A stretch of DNA of 64,000 bases, from assembly GCA_036785375.1 (NCBI GenBank), contig JAWMAR010000513.1, positions 1 through 64,000 on the forward strand, read 5' to 3'. Source of the stretch: Leucoraja ocellata (taxonomy: Eukaryota). A program made the translations under genes and the position numbers. Positions 60,551-64,000 of the stretch are shown here, in pieces (position 1 is the stretch's first letter; each line of letters opens with the position of its first letter). The notes beneath the pieces are model-generated. The model was not told the origin of the DNA. It did no database searches and was given only the letters and a program-made list of their open reading frames with translations.

Positions 60551-62577
60551 AACCCCTTTTTCACGGGGCGACTTGACGCAAGAGTTAACCATAGTTGAAC
60601 ATCGTGGGAACCTCTTGCGTTAACCGTACGGCATTCGTGGACCACCGTGGCGCTAACGGCAGGTACTCGTGTAACTTGGTGACTCGGGAGAAAATTCAAA
60701 CAAGCTTGCATTTCTCCAAGAGAGACTTGTACACTTGCAACATTATATGCACATAGTGGCCAGTGCGATATCCGTACTGACTCTTGCGTGTACCGTGGGA
60801 ACTCATGCGAACGGTGAACCCGGAAGCTGGACAGAGGGGACAGAAGGTGAGTAAAAATTGTCTTCTGTGGGATTGAATTTAAAAAATAAAGATTTGAATC
60901 CGCAAATGGACATCAACTTATTCATGAGTTATGTTAATGTGATTCAAGAAAATAACTATAATCTTTAAAAGGGACTTTACTGAAAGGTCCTGCATTTTTA
61001 TGGTCCGTGAGAAATTTTTCACAAGTACTTCTTTGAGAGATACAGCTCGGAGTCCTCGCCGACCAGCGATCGATGCCTTTCCGAAGCAGGGTCCGGAACG
61101 CTACCAATCAATGTTCTCCAGAGACCCGTGTAAAGGAGTGAACTGCACATGCTGGTTTAAAACGAAGACAGACACAAAAAGCTGGAGTAACTCAGCGAGT
61201 CAAGCAGCATCTCTGGAGAAAAATAGGTGATGTTTCGGGACGAGACACATCTTCAGATTCAATTCCGATTAGGATGTCTGAAGAAGGGTTCCGATTCGAA
61301 TCGCCACCTATACTTTTTCTCCAGAGATGCTGCCTGACCCGCTGACTTACTCCAGCTTTTTATGTTTTTCTTCCCAGATCTGACTTACCTGCTGAGTTAC
61401 ACCAACATTTTGTGTCCGTGTTCACTATGAACATTGAATTATTTAATTTTAGGTAACTTACACTCTCTCTCTCTCCCCCGCCCACCCCCTCCTGCTCCCC
61501 CCCCCCCCCCCCCCACCCCCATGCAGTAAATGTCAGTTAACCAGTCCAATGCAACGATGGTCCCCTCTTGGGATCACACTATCCCTAGCCAGCAATTGGC
61601 CTATCAGGGAACCAAATATAGACATAAAGTGCTGGAGTGACTCAGTGGGTCAGGCAGCATCTCTGGAGGAAAGGGTTAGGCGACATTTCAGGTCGGGACC
61701 CTTCTTCAAAATACCCTGCTGAGGTCATCTGTTATTGGCCCTGATTTGTCCCGGTCTTTTCTTGCTTCCAGTTCCCCCCTACAATCATCCCGAAGAAGGG
61801 TCCTGACCAAAAATGGAATCTATTCCTTTTCTCCAGAGATGCTGCTTGGCCCGCTGAGTTACTCCAGCATTTTGTGTCTAACTTGCTGATTCAGACAGTT
61901 TTTGATTTACTCTGAAACACACGTTGGAAATTTAAACTTGGGCGCAACTAACATCGTCTTACTACCGTGGGAACTCTTTAACTCAGCGGGAAGGCAGCAG
62001 TTCATTGTTGCTCCCTTCAGTTTCCCAGGGGGTCGGGACGGGACTGGAGTTGGGAGGGAAAGGTGGGGGAGTCGAGGGAGAGGAGGGGGAGACAGATGGG
62101 GGTGGCTTCATTTACTGGCGGCGGGTGTCTGTCACTGAAACAAGCAGGTGAGATTTCACATCCACCTTGTGTGTGCCTCTCTCTCTCTCTCCCTCCCTCC
62201 CTCTCACACAGACTGAGAGACTCTGCCTCAGTAACTGTGCTCACTCCATCTGTGTCTCCCACATACACAGTAAAACTCTGCTTTGTGTGTGTGTATATAC
62301 CAATTCAACCAAGGGAGGATATTTATAGTGTGTGAAAAAAAAGTGACATCATTTGTGCCACGTGATGATTTAATTACACTTGACAGTTTACAATGTCATT
62401 CAAGGTTTAACGGGAAAGCTCGGGAGACGGACAAGTCACTCGCACAAATAACAGAAATGCCCAGTACCGTGGGAACTCTTTGTCTACCCCCCCCGTTATA
62501 TCATGTGATATCGTGCTAGACCACGACCACTTCACTCTGGCTACATCTTGCGTCAAGTCGCCCCATGAAAAAGGCTA
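60551..62577. mobile_element. 2.0-kb non-autonomous TIR DNA transposon (PIF/Harbinger-like) inserted into a V-SINE
   Basis: Imperfect TIRs of about 55 bp (ccctttttcacggggcgacttgacgcaaga / tcttgcgtcaagtcgccccatgaaaaagg); TTA TSD at 60548-60550 and 62578-62580; flanks rejoin as continuous SINE cacgcaa-tta-cagggagaatgtacaaactc. Confidence 0.85.
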
Positions 62578-62820
62578 TTACAGGGAGAATGTACAAACTC
62601 TATACAGACAGCACACGTGGTCAGGATCGAACCCAGGTCTCTGGTGCTGTAAGGCAGCAACTCTACCACTGTGCCACCCAGAGATGGCACTTCCACTGGT
62701 GAAGTGTACTTCAATTCCATCTGTATGATTCCCTATAAGCTTTATATTGCCGTAAAGCACTACAAATATGTGTCTTCCACATGTCAACAGTTTCACATCA
62801 TTGTTCACGGTACTATATAA

Positions 62821-63134
62821 ATCCCTGTCCCACTGTGTGAGGTAATTCAAGAGTTCTCCCGAGTTTGCCCTGATTCGAACTCGGAGATTTACGGTAATGG
62901 CCCTTCGTAGGTACTCTGGGCTCTCGTGGACATTTTTCAACAAGTTGAAAAATCTTCATGAGTCTTCCCAAGCTTACCGCGTTTCCTAAGTACCTGCCGT
63001 AAGCGTTACGAGCCGCTAAGAGACGTCCCAAGCTCCGACGTACCCGCTACGTACATTCTACGTGCTTCCACGAGTTTGATTTTTTTTAAACTCGGGAGAG
63101 CTCTTGGAATGAACTCGTACAGTGGGACAGGGCT
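62821..63134. mobile_element. Harbinger-type MITE
   Basis: ccctgtcccactgt ... acagtgggacaggg termini; TAA on the left, right TSD degenerate. Confidence 0.72.
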
Positions 63135-64000
63135 TTCAGACTCTTTATTCAGCGAAATATTAACTGGTGGATTTTCAATCTAATTTCAAAGTGAAGGGAT
63201 ATTTTTGAACCATTGTTTCTGTTTGAAAGTAACTGCAGGTCTTAATTAAGAAGGGAATTTCTGTATTTGACTGATTGTTTCTGCCACAGCTAAATCAAAG
63301 CCACCTGCAATCAATGATTTTAATTGTTGTTTGTTATTCTGCAAACCAATTACCACTTATGTTCCTTTTGATATCGTCCTGTTCTGAAACATCAGTCCCA
63401 TAGTTTATAATTAGGAATTTTGTTTCTGGGTCTAAGGTTGCTTTACCTAACACTGTCGTTTTTTAGGTATTTATCTTTAAGAATTTTTTAAGGGATTGTT
63501 CTAGGTGAAAGAAAAGTTAGCTTTTGCAGTGTTGGAGCAGTTGATGAGATTATTCTTCACAGGCCAACTTCCTGCTATTAACTGAAGAGCTACAAGTTGG
63601 AGACACCTGCTCAGTGGTTAATTGAAACCGTATTAATTAATTGGCTTAATTTTGTTTAAACCATGTGACTTTTCTCAATTAGCCAATCTTGCTGTCGTCG
63701 ACATGAGCGGAGGAGGATAATGTTAACCTGGAAACTCAATTTGAAGTACACTGAGAACAAGGTGAAGGTACAATGTCTGGTGAAGATGGACTGAGGTCCC
63801 TAGCTTCACTATCACTGACTGTCTCCTCTTCGATACCTTATCAGTTCCTACTTCACATTATCTGTTCCTCCTTCTTAGGCGTCTCACGCAGTTCTGTGGG
63901 GTCTGGGGTGGCTATTGTGGTTGTGGCCGCCCCTCTTCCTCCACCCCCATCCTCTCTCTCCCCCCCCCCCCTCTCTGCTCTCCCCCCCCCCCTCTCTGCT

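Noticed and set aside
8170-62680. tRNA-like sequences at the heads of many repeats
   Set aside because: These are SINE heads continuing into the V-domain and LINE tail, not complete tRNA cloverleafs.
63735-63910. Protein-like minus-strand translations (e.g. GIEEETVSDSEARDLSPSSPDIVPSP)
   Set aside because: Short, interrupted by stops, with no convincing splice sites or recognisable homology.

Overview
This is eukaryotic, repeat-rich vertebrate genomic DNA. It is most likely from a cartilaginous fish (skate/ray/shark), inferred from the HE1-like V-SINEs, HER1/CR1 LINE tails and abundant Penelope-like terminal modules. Three host-gene pieces are recognisable. (1) The last coding exon of FBXO36 (1881-2093, +). 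(2) An isolated 71-nt exon matching TRIP12 (22900-22970, +), in an unexpected position and orientation. (3) An intact single-exon type-2 odorant-receptor-like GPCR (32468-33427, +) in which NAC replaces the DRY motif. Most of the remainder is decayed and nested transposons: CR1, L2, Rex1/Babar, L1, Vingi, Penelope-like elements, V-SINEs and PIF/Harbinger-type MITEs. The most notable non-coding signals are a 160-bp TSD-flanked retroelement beginning with a minimal CPEB3/HDV-like ribozyme fold (21111-21270, -), many hammerhead-core modules often arranged as fold-back palindromes, a 2-kb TIR element that splits a SINE, and a non-autonomous family that appears to swap LINE 3' tails. All homology calls are from recognition by eye with no searches run, and TE boundaries are approximate unless a TSD or TIR fixes them.
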